Shown piece by piece: positions 53,760-64,000 of a stretch of 64,000 bases of DNA. The stretch is from Caecitellus pseudoparvulus (Eukaryota > Protista > Bigyra: Bicosoecida). The stretch spans positions 310,001 through 374,000 of the forward strand of contig CBFFRQ010000030.1 in NCBI GenBank assembly GCA_965644315.1. The letters run 5' to 3'. Positions within the stretch are counted from its first letter, which is position 1, and each line of letters starts with the position of its first letter. The notes under the pieces were generated by a model, which worked only from the letters and a program-made list of their open reading frames with translations, did not search any database and had not been told where the DNA came from. Position numbers and translations under genes: made by a program.

Positions 53760-56700
53760 ATGGAGGAGGAGCGCACTGGGGAAGGCCCACGTAGTGTGGG
53801 TGCTGCAGAGGGCCCCGCACACAGCGACAGCGACGACGAGGCAGGGAGCGACACGGGGCAAGCAGAGGAAACCCAGCTGCCCAAGCTCGCTGCTGTGCCT
53901 CTGTTGCCGCCCACACAGCTGAGTCGGTGGGTGCCCCGGCACAACATCAGCTTGAGCAGGGCCGGGTATGGCGTTGTGAAACGCGTGGCCAAGCGCCTGG
54001 GGTGGAAGCCGGCCAAGCTGGCCAAGTGCAGCTTCGCATGGATGGACCGGTGGGGGCCAGCCGATGTGCAGCGTGTCGTGGACTACAGGCGCAATCACTT
54101 CCCAGGTAAGCCGGTGCAGGCGTCTGACAACTTGCCGCGCGCGTGCTAAGCCATGCAAATGTGGCTGTCTTTGGTTGGGTGCGCTGTGGATGCCCTGCGC
54201 GCCCCACTGGGGCCCCGCGAATTCGTAACGGTACAGCGAGCCGCCGCAGCAACTTCCGCACTTGGCGGGGTGCCCCCCGCGGCCTTCGCAGGCATGCACA
54301 GCATCGCGAACAAGGGACCCTTGGCACGAAACATGAACCGGTTGTGCAGTGGTCACCCTGAGGAGTTCTGGTTCATCCCGCCCACATTCATCATGCCTGC
54401 GGGTGGGTGGGCGCACGCGCCTCAGCGTCGCAGAACCCGGATGCGTACACTTCACCCCCGGCTCCCGCACAGAGCGCGCCGACCTGCGAGAGTTCATGGA
54501 GCGCGGCTGCTCAGGGCTGCGCTTCCGCACGCCCTCGGATCGCCTCATGCAGCACCTGGGAGCACAGGCTGCAGCCGCACCGAAACGCAGCAAGCCCAAG
54601 CGGAAAAAGGGCAGCAAGAAGAAGGCCGGAGCCTCGAGCAAGCTGGTGTTCATCGTCAAGCCAGATGTCGCTGCCCAAGGGCGGGGCATCATCGTGGAGA
54701 CGCAGCCAGAACGACTGCTGCAGACGCCGTCCCCCACTCTCGTGGAAGCAGCGCAAGCCAGCAGCACCACACGCGGCAACCCAGAAACTGCAACGGTCAT
54801 TGTGCAGCAGTATGTGCCCCGGCCTCTGACCGTGGGTGGGCACAAGTTCGACCTGCGCCTCTACTGTGCTGTGGTGTCAGTACACCCCACCATACGGGCT
54901 TTCCTGCTGGTGCGTGTGCCCTGCTGCAAGAAACTCGCGACTGTACGGCACTCTCGCGCACACGCCGCACCCTGGCGCTCCTCCCCGCAGACTGAAGGCT
55001 TGGCCCGGTTTGCAACAGTCAAGTACACCCCACCCACGAAGAAGAACAAAAACAGCAGTGCCCGCAACATGCACCTGACCAACTACTCCGTGAACAAAGC
55101 CCACAACAAGGGCCTGCCTGACCTGCTGCCAGTCACCAGCGTGCCGATCGGCGATGCGGCCTCTGTGCCCAACCTGCATGGTGCAGGTGGTGCTGGCGGA
55201 TTGACAGTGGATGACGACCGCCTCTTCTCCCACGGGGCGGCGCTGAGCCACACGCCACACACAAGCCTTGGCCGAGCAGCACTGGAAACGCATGCAGATG
55301 CGCCGCCGTGCCCCACACCAGCACCCTTCCCGCAAGTGGACCCCTTTGCTCACCTACGCCGAGACCCCGCGCTGCGTGAAGTGCGCGGCGTTAAGTGGTC
55401 CCTCTCTGCCCTCATGGCGCACTTGAGGCAGGAGTTGGGCGTGGACACGCCAGCTCTGTGGCGTGACATTCGCCTCGTCATTGCGAAAACGCTCCTCACC
55501 ATCGCGCCAGATCTGGCCCACCAGTACGCCTCTGCATCTGCTGCTGCCGGCAGCTCGGGCGGTGCTGGGCTGCCGTCCGGCTCGGCCAGGCGCAGCGGCG
55601 TGCAGGCGGGAAGCAGCGCCCCCCACAACACCCACAAGCGGGAAGGTGGCTTCATGTGCTGCGAACTGCTGGGCTTTGACATTCTCCTGGACACAGACAC
55701 CACCTGGGCCACGCCCCGCTTCAAACCACAGCCACGGCCTGCGCCAGCTGCTGCCGCACCTGGTGGAGGCGAGCCTGTCACGGGGCCTGGCGATGGGGCC
55801 GCACTGGGTCACCTGGACATGGCCACACCAGGCAGTCCTGCAGGGGGCGTGCGCATTCGCCCCCTCCTGCTGGAAGTGAATCAGTCCCCCTCCTTTGGCA
55901 CAGATGCGCGTATTGACGAGGTGGTGAAGCAAATGGCCATTGGGGACGCGCTGCGGCTGGCGGCCCCCGGGCCACAGTGGCTGCACACGTGGCACAACAA
56001 ACTGACCAAGTGGCGCAGCAAGCATGCGTCCCCGCCGACTGCCGTGGCACCTGCAGGTGGTGAGGCGGCCACTGACCCCACCACGTCACTTCCTTCTGCG
56101 GCAGGTGCAGGAAGTGTCCCTGAGAGCAGTGCGAGCCCAGGTGACGCCGCCTCTGAAAGCTCTGGAACACCGCGTTCCACTGCGTCAACCCCGCGATCCA
56201 AAGCCGTGCCTGGTGTGCCGGCAGGCATGAATGGCGCCATCACTCGCACAGAGCAGCTTCGGTGGGCGTATGAAGACTTTGTCTGCAGTGCAGGGGGCTA
56301 CCAACGACTCCTACCCGAGTGTGAGGCGTCCAGCAGCGCCTACTACACGTCACTCGTGCAGCTCGCGCAAGCGGCGCAAGACGGCTCCGTGCAAGGCAGG
56401 GGCAAAGTGGGGGAAGCCCGTCGAGCAGATGCGCTGGCCAAGCGGAAAGCTCTGCAGGAAGCCAGGGCGAAACGACTAGGCAGGGGGAAAAGCGGCGCGA
56501 GACCCTCCAAGCCGCCACGCCACGGGCAGGTTGCCAAGCCAGGGGGGCTGGGCAAGCCAGTGCGCCGCAGCTGCTCAGATGGAGTGACTGCGCCTTCCCC
56601 AGTGCTGGCACCGGGTGAGGCGAGTGACCAGCGTGCCGTGCCTGGGCTGGCGCGACATGCCTCCATGCCACACGCACTAGCCATGAGGGAGGCTGAAGGA

Positions 56701-57198
56701 CACGGAAGCGGTGGCGTCAGTACACCCCCTTCGCCCCTCTCAGCCAGAGGGCGGCTTCAATCCCCTCCACAAAAAAGTGCACTCCCGTCTGAGCCGGAGC
56801 GGGGCAGCAGGCCCACCCCTGCAGCATGGGCGACGCAGCACGCAGTACAGCGGCACCGTGCTCCGCGCCTGCGCGTGAAGTTGCCCACGCCTGAGTCCAT
56901 GGTGACGCGTAAAAGTGGAGGTGATCGTGCGGCAGGTGGATTGGGGACGGCTCAGCTCGGCAGCCGGGCGTCCGTGCCCAACCTTGCCGTGCCCACAAGC
57001 ACTGGCCTGCCATCTCTGGGGGGGCGTGACGCTCACAGCAGCGGGCGCATCACGCCACTCCGAGCTGGGCACGAACAAGACCAGGCCGGCGAGCGTGCCC
57101 GCTTCGTGTCCAGTGCCGTGGCGCCAGTTGGCGTTGTGGCACAACCTGGCGTGCCATCAGAGCTGGGAGGACTGCTGTGGGTGGCGCCGTTGAAGTAG
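53760..57198 (+). CDS. Tubulin-tyrosine ligase-like polyglutamylase (TTLL6/7/13-like), spliced
   Basis: NHFPGM, FIVKPD..QGRGI, VQQYV..KFDLRLY, EGLARFAT, MHLTNYSVNK, ELLGFDILLD, LLEVNQSPSF. Confidence 0.9.
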
Positions 57199-57507
57199 GC
57201 GAGTGGATGCTTGCGGACGCTGGGTGGAGTTTAGGAAGTTAGGCGGGTTGCTTGCAGAGTGCTGCAAGGAGGAGCTTCAGCGTGCTGCTCACGATGAGGG
57301 AAAGACACAATGCCTGACCGAAGAACGTGAACTGGAGCTGGGAAGGAAAGTGTTCAAGCGTTGAGCAACTAAGCATCCGATGGAATGCCAATGGAATTCA
57401 CTGGAGATTGATCGAGGTGAGAGCAACACTGGGAGCTGCCCCCACAGCAAAGGTGTACATTTCCCTTGGTATGGGTGAACTTATGACCTCCTCAGCAGTG
57501 CAGCCCA

Positions 57508-58539
57508 TCACAAGCTTCTCGCAGCCCTGAGGAAGACAATCATTCGGCGTCCGTGCCTGGTGCTCGTACCCTGCCAGACGGCATCTCTCCCTGTCGTTGA
57601 GAGAAGCTCAGTGCTGGCGTGCCGCGCCTGAGCTGGAATGGCTCTGTCACCTGTCAACCCAAGCAGCTCCCGAACAACACTTTCGTGGCCACCCTTGACT
57701 GCCAGCCGAAAGGGGGCATCTGACCCTGCCCTGTCTCGAGCATGCACATCCACTGCCCTCACACCAGTCAAAGAAAGCAACAGGCGCACTACATTTACAT
57801 GTCCGTTGCGACATGCTTCTCGGAAGCCACCCTCCGGATAAAAATCACCCCGCGCATGGACATCCACTGTGCGGCCGCCGTTCAGCGCAAGAAGTTCGCG
57901 CACTATGCAAGCATGGCCGTAGAAGCAAGCTCCGCGAAACGCATCCTCATCATTTATGTGCACGTCAACTTCCCGTTTGCCCGTGAGAGAGAGAAGCAGC
58001 CGTAAAACCTCCAAATGTCCATTCTCACAAGCGCTGCGGAGGCCAGCCTCTGGCCCTTGCATATCACGAGCGTGCACGTCAATGGCACGAGCTCCTTCAA
58101 GGCCCAATAATACGTCAACTACTGAAGTGTGCCCATTCCAGCAAGCCATTCGAAATCCAGCCTCAGGCCCGGCCCAATCCCGCGCGTGAACGTCCACCGC
58201 TCGATCACCTGTCAAGGAGATGAGCCCACGCACCACATCCACATGGCCATTGGCGCATGCCAGCCGAAAGCCAAGCTCTGGGCCGTCCGTGTCTCCGGCG
58301 TGCACATCCACCAAATGGCTGCCCTCAAGCTCCAGCAAACCTCGCACCAGGCGCACATCGCCAGCACTGCACGCGGCGCGAAAGCCAGCTGTTGTTTCTT
58401 CGCTTGTCAACGCACCCAACATTGTGCCTGAGGGCTCACGCGCCCCCTCAAGCATTAACACAAGGGATTCAACATCGTTCCCTTCGCATGCTGCCATCCA
58501 CCGTTCAATCAGCCCTTCGGAGCCAGTCTCAAGGTCCAT
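57508..58539 (-). CDS. Intronless ankyrin-like repeat protein (seven repeats, mostly 38 aa)
   Basis: Repeats of GFRxACxNGHxxVVRxLLxLxGxRxVDVHARDxxGPE. Confidence 0.85.
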   Translation of the reverse strand: MDLETGSEGLIERWMAACEGNDVESLVLMLEGAREPSGTMLGALTSEETTAGFRAACSAGDVRLVRGLLELEGSHLVDVHAGDTDGPELGFRLACANGHVDVVRGLISLTGDRAVDVHARDWAGPEAGFRMACWNGHTSVVDVLLGLEGARAIDVHARDMQGPEAGLRSACENGHLEVLRLLLSLTGKREVDVHINDEDAFRGACFYGHACIVRELLALNGGRTVDVHARGDFYPEGGFREACRNGHVNVVRLLLSLTGVRAVDVHARDRAGSDAPFRLAVKGGHESVVRELLGLTGDRAIPAQARHASTELLSTTGRDAVWQGTSTRHGRRMIVFLRAARSL

Positions 58540-58979
58540 GGCGTGGTGAAACGAATTCCGCAGTTCACCCCACACCTGCGAAGGCAAGAAGCAGACCAGG
58601 ACAGGAAGTGCGCATAAGAGACGGTGCGCTTTATTGACGTGTGTGTATATTCCTCGCTTGTGTCATTCATTTGGTTGCAGAATTTCATTGCCACTAACTT
58701 TGTGGGGGAGGCTGTGGATATCCAGCAAGGCTGCCGAAAACCAAAGCTGTGCGCAGAGAAAAAAGGCTGCCAGCCCACCCTAACTTCTAACAGCGAACGG
58801 GTTGTATCTTCAAGCCTAAAGATATACAGTGAGTGCCTTTGAAGCATGCCAGGGTCGATTGGGATGGCGTTATGGGAAGATGTCGACTCTTGAAGGCGCA
58901 CGATGCTGCCACCGACAAAGTCCGACAATATACCTTGACGGACAGACACTCTCAAGTACGAAGATGCTTGGTGCTTGGT

Positions 58980-61900
58980 TCACAACAGGGATAGGCCACC
59001 TCGACGTCCACGCTTCCGCCCAAGCTGCCCTTCCTCATGTTCGGGCTGTGCCCTGGAAGTGGAGGTGCGTGACGTGGAACGCCTTTGACGATGCACGACT
59101 GCACCAATGCTCGCCTTCCTGCTGTTGCTTAAGCTCCGGAGGCGAGCGCTCACAGTCGCCGATGATAGACTCGCGGTGTAAGTTGCAGCAGCTAGAACTT
59201 CCTCATCCAGCACAGGCACTGACAGTCCTGCCACTGGTGTTGAGGATGCGATGCGTCGCTGTGCTCGCCTGGGCTTCAGCATTGGGTTCTGGGACACTGC
59301 GCTTGGGGCTTGGAGCACCCCAGAAACGTCCACCTTGCCCACCTGTACCTTTGGGCTGTGCACCTGGCTTGCCAAGTCCCTATGCTTGGTCAACACGCTG
59401 CTATGAGTCGTTTGGGGCCAATGCTGGGCTGAGCGAGCTGACTCTGCCTTGCCCAACCCTGACAGCGCAGCGGAGACGACTTGTACAGACACAGTGGACG
59501 CCGATGCCCACAGAGCCGTGCACAAAGACAGAACCCGCCTTGGAAGCAGGAAATACAAACACATGCACACTGGAAGCCACAGCTGCAGCCACAGCACCCA
59601 GTCCGCCGCAGCCAGTGAGCCGCGCAGTGTGCTGGGGCGGAGACTGCCTTCCAAGTTCGCGTTGGGCGCTCCAGCGGCTGCGGCAGAGGAGGAGGACTCG
59701 GCGAACAGCATCACGCGCCAGACGTTGCTGACATGGATGGCGCCAGCGTGTACCAGCACTGCGATGACGATCACCCGCATAATCCTGGTCCGTGTCTGCG
59801 CCTCTGCATGCATGCCGTGCACCATCAACTGCTGTCGAAGGTTGCTCTTCTCCATACCGGGAGCGACAGTGGACGGCAAGCCAACCAAATGACCGACGGA
59901 CCGCTGCTGGTCCACCGCCACGTGCACGTTGTACGGCTCCAGGTACCCCAGCGCAAGCCACAGCAAGGTGCAGGTGAGCATGGCGAGGTAGGCACGCAGC
60001 CACACGGTGGCGGCAATGGCGGGCAGCAAGGCCAAGAAACACGATGCTGCAAAAAGCACCATGTTCCACCACCAAGTGCTGGGCTGGTGCCATCCCCAAA
60101 GATACCCCCATGCTCGCCAGGCGAAAGATGGCACGCCAGTGTGGCGTTCGCGGGCCACACGCCCCTCTGCGATGAAGGCGCCTTCCTCCAGCCTGTTCGC
60201 AGTGCTGTACAGCTTGGCCAGCACAAGAGGGGGGCCCAGGCACACAGCGATGATGAACAGCGCAGCCAAGATGGACAGGCCCACTCTCTGCTCCTCACCG
60301 ATGGTGGAGAAATCAGACACCAGGCGAGACTCACCTGCACGCCCTTGCACGACAGGGAGGATGGCGGTGGCCACAGCGTTCAGCGCAGGCGGCAGCGACA
60401 TCCACAGTGCCAGCGGCAGCACACATGCAACCGTGTCCAGCACTGTCCTGGGCATGCTTTGTGAACCGGAACCTGCCCGAGGCTGGAAAGTGTGCATCGC
60501 CACGCCTGCAGGCGCTGCAGCCGTCGCAGCCACAGCCAAGACCACCAACGGGAACAGCAGCCCCACGTACAGGCGATTGAGACCAATGCCAGACTGGCCC
60601 GAGGCACACACGAACTCGAAGCTATTTGGAGACAGCAAAGACGGCGCACCCAACACCGCAGATGAAAGCGTCAGAGCAGGCGAGGCATCCGTGCGCAGGT
60701 CGCGAATGGCACCATTCAGCTGCAGGAAGATGAGCAGCGCCCAAGCGGCAAAGGCGCGCAGGGATGGGCTGATCCTGCTCCGCAGTGGCGCCAACATGCC
60801 TGCCACGGTGGAGTGGGCCAAGCCAGTCACAGTGCGCACCGCGTCGGACGCCACCCAATGCAAGCCCAACACAGTGAAGCGCAGGCTGGACACACTGGCC
60901 CCGCCCCCTCGAAGCCGTCCTGTGCTTGTCGCATGAACAGTCTTCCGCGTTAGCTTCACCTTCACAACGGCCAACTGCTCGCTACCTGCACCCCAGCCCA
61001 CAATCACACACATGTACAGGCCCAGGGCGAATATGAACGCAGCAGCGATGGTGAGTCCTTGTTGGACCGCGGGAGGACACTTGCGACAAGCACCCCGTGT
61101 CCCTGATGCGGGGGGATAGTGCTGCCAACCAGCTCGGCAGTGGCCGCACAGCTCGCTGGTCGGGTCGTGCCCTTCCGCACACTGCGTGTTCTGCACGAGA
61201 ACAGACGTGTTCCCGCCCACCTCACACGCGAAGGGGTTCGGACATGCCACTGCTGTGATGTCCTCAGCATTCAGCCCCCCACGCGCCAAGCTGAACCCCG
61301 CATTCACCTGCACCTTGCCCCCCGCACACGCCGTGTTCGCAGGACATGGCCCACAAGCGCTGGCACCATCCAGCGAGTATGTGCCTGCTACACACGGCAC
61401 ACACACGCCCTCCGCATCCACAGGCCGCAGAGTGGGCAGGGAGCTGAAGGTGCCAGCGGGACAGGGCAGGCAACGCAGCGAGGCGGGGGTGACTTGGGCC
61501 GAGGCCAGACTTGGGTCCATGCCGAAGCCTGCCGCGCACATACAGCGGGTGCTATTGGCCGCGCTCACACGCCCCACACCCGAGCACAGCGCTGGCAGCA
61601 CTTCCAGCGCCGCTGTGGAGGCCAGAGCCATGCAGGCAGTTGGCGGCCCATCCCATCCCTCTGTGCTGTGCAGCACCGGCGACGCCAAGTTGCTGCTTGG
61701 CGGCGGCACATGCACAGGCGCCACGTGAAAGGTGAGGGCCAAGTCGCCTGGAGCAGTGGGTGCCACAAGCACCTCCACAGCACCTGGCCCGCCACCACTT
61801 GCCACAGTCTGCACTGCAGCTGGAGAAGCCTCCTGTAGCCAGGTTGGCACGCCGCTGCCATCCGGGCACTCGCCACCCTGAAGCCTTCGACCTCCAGCAC

Positions 61901-64000
61901 CCCGAACGGCCCCGACACGCACGGCTTGCTTGGCTGCATCGCTGGACAGCGGGAAGCCCATTGCGTCCACAACGTGCAGTACGCCCGCCATTGACACGCT
62001 CTGCCGCGTGCCAGCGGCCACCTGCGCACCGTTGGACAGCATGACTGCTGAATCCAACTGGATGGGGGTCGACCGAGAGTGCACAGAGCTTGCAGTGGCA
62101 CTGGCTGCTCCAGCCCCTGTGCTGACTTGGACGGGAATGCTGTGCAACTCCTCAGCCCCCGTCACGAGATCGCGAGTGACGAGAGCTATCGTGCCGACAT
62201 GGCTCCCAAGGTGAGGCAGGCTGTGCTGGTTGTAGTGCACTGTCACGTGCAACGCTGCCTGTGAGCCTGGCTGTGTTGCTCCCGAGTCAAGGAACGCCAC
62301 CTCGCCCACACTCCGCGCCGCTTCGCTCTCCCAGAACAACCGCTGCTCAGCCACGCCCCCGCCCAAAGCTGGCACGGGCACACTGGAGATGCCAATGGAC
62401 GCCCACTGAAGGGCACTGTGCTGGGAAGTCAAAGCTGCGAAGTCCGCACTGGCGTTGTGTGTTCCAGATGCACAGCTGGAGTTCTGACCTGGAGGTGTGA
62501 GGCTGGCACTGTCCACATCCAGCACAGCTGCTCGCTGCACACGCATGGGCCCGGTGCCGAGGTTCGTCAAGTGCACGATGCCTTGGGCAAACACTGTCGG
62601 CTGCGACGACGCCAGGCGGGGAGCTCGCAAGTCCTGAATGGACACGGAGCTGGGGCAGATGGACACCGTCGATACCAGCAGTCGCACAGGCACGGGGATC
62701 ACCTCCCAGCTTGACGGCGCCCCAGCGACTTCCATGGCGATGGACACAGTGGCTGAGTGGAGCCCGGCTCGCAGCCCAGCCACCAATGCCTGCAGCTGCA
62801 AGGTGCTGGTGCTGTGGGCGGGAACGGCAACCTGCACACAAGCATGGCCTGCCTGCATGGAAGTGGGCAAGACTTGAATGTTGGCAGAGCTGCAGGGCTG
62901 TGCAGTTGCGGGTAGCGTGAGCCAACAGACATCGTGTGGAAGCAAGGCAAGCACCATGCCAGACCTGGCGCCAGTGTTGGACATTGTGATGCTCATGGTG
63001 CTCACGCCACCCGGCACAACTGAGCTGGGGCGCAGGAACTCAGTGATGGACTGAGGCGACAAGCTGAGCTTGGAAAGGCGCGCTTCGATTGTGATGGGGA
63101 TGGAATCAAGCGCAGTCCCAGCCTCATCGCCCACCCTTGATACCGAGAGGGCGAAAGAGAACACAGCAGACACAGGGTGCGACTCCAATACTGCTGGAAG
63201 CGACACTTGGGTTGTCAAGGCGACTTCATGCACCTCACCGTTCGTGCTCAGTAGCTCTGCGCTGCCGCCTGGTTGCACTGCCACACTCGGCAGCAAGGCG
63301 AGGGTCTCCGGTGCAATGCTGGTCAGTGCTGCCTGCACCTCGGACGGTGCCGAGGATGCACAGACTGGCGCTTCTGGGCTGCAGGAGAGGTACGCCTGGT
63401 CGATCACTGCGCTTCCAAGTAGGCGAAGGGAAGCAGTCCACCGGGCTGACGTTGCCCCGATGCGCAGAATGAGAGGCAGACTTGTGCTCGAGTTGGACAC
63501 ATCGTGAAGCTCAACCCGAGGAGGCTGGCGGGGCAGGAACAGTGCATGCCAGATGGTGTCGCTCTGGAGCTGCTCGCTCAATTGTGCTGTGCTGGTGCTG
63601 GGCAGGGCAGTTGGGGAAGCACTGCTTGTGGCCGCTGCAGATGTGGTGGGTGTGGCTGTGGCCTGAGAAGTGCTTGACTCGGTTGGAGAGGGGGTGGTGG
63701 ACAGTGTGGCAGATGTGCTTGGCGTTGGCAAGCTCGGTGAAGAGCTGGATGCCGTGGCCGATGCAGTGCCCGATGCCGATTGAGTCAAAGTGCCCGAGGC
63801 CGATGGCGACACAGTACCCGAGACCGATGGAGTCACAGTCCTCGGTGGTGTGATTGAAGCTGTCTGAGTAGGAGACACAGAAGCAGTGACTGAAGCAGAT
63901 GAGGAGACGGATGAAGTCTGAGTCGGTGTGTTTGGCGCTGATGGAGAAACTGATCTGTTTGGAGTGCTACTCGGAGTTGCGCTCGGAGATGGTGATGGAG
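58980..64000 (-). CDS. Large cell-surface protein (5' end outside window): S/T-rich stalk, Ig-like beta domains, Cys-rich repeats, multi-pass TM domain
   Basis: TPS/TAS repeats, CLPCPAGTFS / CVPCVAGTYS repeats, CAEGH..LCGHC, several hydrophobic helices, YLWGWHQPSTWWW and LEPY motifs. Confidence 0.8.
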   Translation of the reverse strand, partial: PSPSPSATPSSTPNRSVSPSAPNTPTQTSSVSSSASVTASVSPTQTASITPPRTVTPSVSGTVSPSASGTLTQSASGTASATASSSSPSLPTPSTSATLSTTPSPTESSTSQATATPTTSAAATSSASPTALPSTSTAQLSEQLQSDTIWHALFLPRQPPRVELHDVSNSSTSLPLILRIGATSARWTASLRLLGSAVIDQAYLSCSPEAPVCASSAPSEVQAALTSIAPETLALLPSVAVQPGGSAELLSTNGEVHEVALTTQVSLPAVLESHPVSAVFSFALSVSRVGDEAGTALDSIPITIEARLSKLSLSPQSITEFLRPSSVVPGGVSTMSITMSNTGARSGMVLALLPHDVCWLTLPATAQPCSSANIQVLPTSMQAGHACVQVAVPAHSTSTLQLQALVAGLRAGLHSATVSIAMEVAGAPSSWEVIPVPVRLLVSTVSICPSSVSIQDLRAPRLASSQPTVFAQGIVHLTNLGTGPMRVQRAAVLDVDSASLTPPGQNSSCASGTHNASADFAALTSQHSALQWASIGISSVPVPALGGGVAEQRLFWESEAARSVGEVAFLDSGATQPGSQAALHVTVHYNQHSLPHLGSHVGTIALVTRDLVTGAEELHSIPVQVSTGAGAASATASSVHSRSTPIQLDSAVMLSNGAQVAAGTRQSVSMAGVLHVVDAMGFPLSSDAAKQAVRVGAVRGAGGRRLQGGECPDGSGVPTWLQEASPAAVQTVASGGGPGAVEVLVAPTAPGDLALTFHVAPVHVPPPSSNLASPVLHSTEGWDGPPTACMALASTAALEVLPALCSGVGRVSAANSTRCMCAAGFGMDPSLASAQVTPASLRCLPCPAGTFSSLPTLRPVDAEGVCVPCVAGTYSLDGASACGPCPANTACAGGKVQVNAGFSLARGGLNAEDITAVACPNPFACEVGGNTSVLVQNTQCAEGHDPTSELCGHCRAGWQHYPPASGTRGACRKCPPAVQQGLTIAAAFIFALGLYMCVIVGWGAGSEQLAVVKVKLTRKTVHATSTGRLRGGGASVSSLRFTVLGLHWVASDAVRTVTGLAHSTVAGMLAPLRSRISPSLRAFAAWALLIFLQLNGAIRDLRTDASPALTLSSAVLGAPSLLSPNSFEFVCASGQSGIGLNRLYVGLLFPLVVLAVAATAAAPAGVAMHTFQPRAGSGSQSMPRTVLDTVACVLPLALWMSLPPALNAVATAILPVVQGRAGESRLVSDFSTIGEEQRVGLSILAALFIIAVCLGPPLVLAKLYSTANRLEEGAFIAEGRVARERHTGVPSFAWRAWGYLWGWHQPSTWWWNMVLFAASCFLALLPAIAATVWLRAYLAMLTCTLLWLALGYLEPYNVHVAVDQQRSVGHLVGLPSTVAPGMEKSNLRQQLMVHGMHAEAQTRTRIMRVIVIAVLVHAGAIHVSNVWRVMLFAESSSSAAAAGAPNANLEGSLRPSTLRGSLAAADWVLWLQLWLPVCMCLYFLLPRRVLSLCTALWASASTVSVQVVSAALSGLGKAESARSAQHWPQTTHSSVLTKHRDLASQVHSPKVQVGKVDVSGVLQAPSAVSQNPMLKPRRAQRRIASSTPVAGLSVPVLDEEVLAAATYTASLSSATVSARLRSLSNSRKASIGAVVHRQRRSTSRTSTSRAQPEHEEGQLGRKRGRRGGLSLL

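Noticed and set aside
57225-57250. TTTAGG/TTAGG telomere-like words
   Set aside because: Only two imperfect, non-tandem units.
57200-58980. Endogenous virophage or giant-virus insertion
   Set aside because: No capsid, integrase, polymerase, terminal repeats or target-site duplication is visible, and the GC drop is modest.
1-64000. Hundreds of overlapping and antisense ORFs in the track (e.g. 11172-13595 -, 39870-41933 -, 15527-16588 +)
   Set aside because: They are shadows of GC-rich coding sequence on the other strand or frame and carry no recognisable motifs.

Overview
Eukaryotic nuclear DNA: GC-rich (roughly 65% by eye), very gene-dense, with short canonical GT-AG introns (mostly 60-90 nt; donors GTGCGT/GTGAGT/GTGGGT/GTACGT). 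Motile-cilium genes (WDR17, DRC11/IQCA1, DNAL1, a TTLL glutamylase) show the organism is flagellated; the gene families fit a stramenopile-like protist (inference). I can support about 25 protein-coding genes, among them UTP11, a GRK-like kinase, a DUSP, TRAP-alpha, RPL5, CDK10-like, URI1-like, CPSF160, RPS17, a small Tim, a methyltransferase, an ankyrin protein and a large Cys-rich multi-pass membrane protein. Most ORFs in the track are GC-driven artefacts or unspliced fragments. I saw no rRNA, tRNA, CRISPR or recognisable transposase. The most striking locus is 25599-29767: a gene built from seven roughly 140-150 aa modules of an unrecognised helical domain, one module per exon, all separated by phase-0 introns. 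It includes a recent 504-bp exon+intron tandem amplification in which two introns are identical while the adjacent exons differ almost only at non-synonymous sites, a candidate exon-shuffling, diversifying receptor system. Other oddities: a signal-peptide+TM formin with a +1 frameshift at a TAG, a PH-inside-PH TPR protein, a Tim9 missing one disulfide pair, a candidate miniature C/D snoRNA in an RPL5 intron, and a recurring CAATTTCCG upstream motif.
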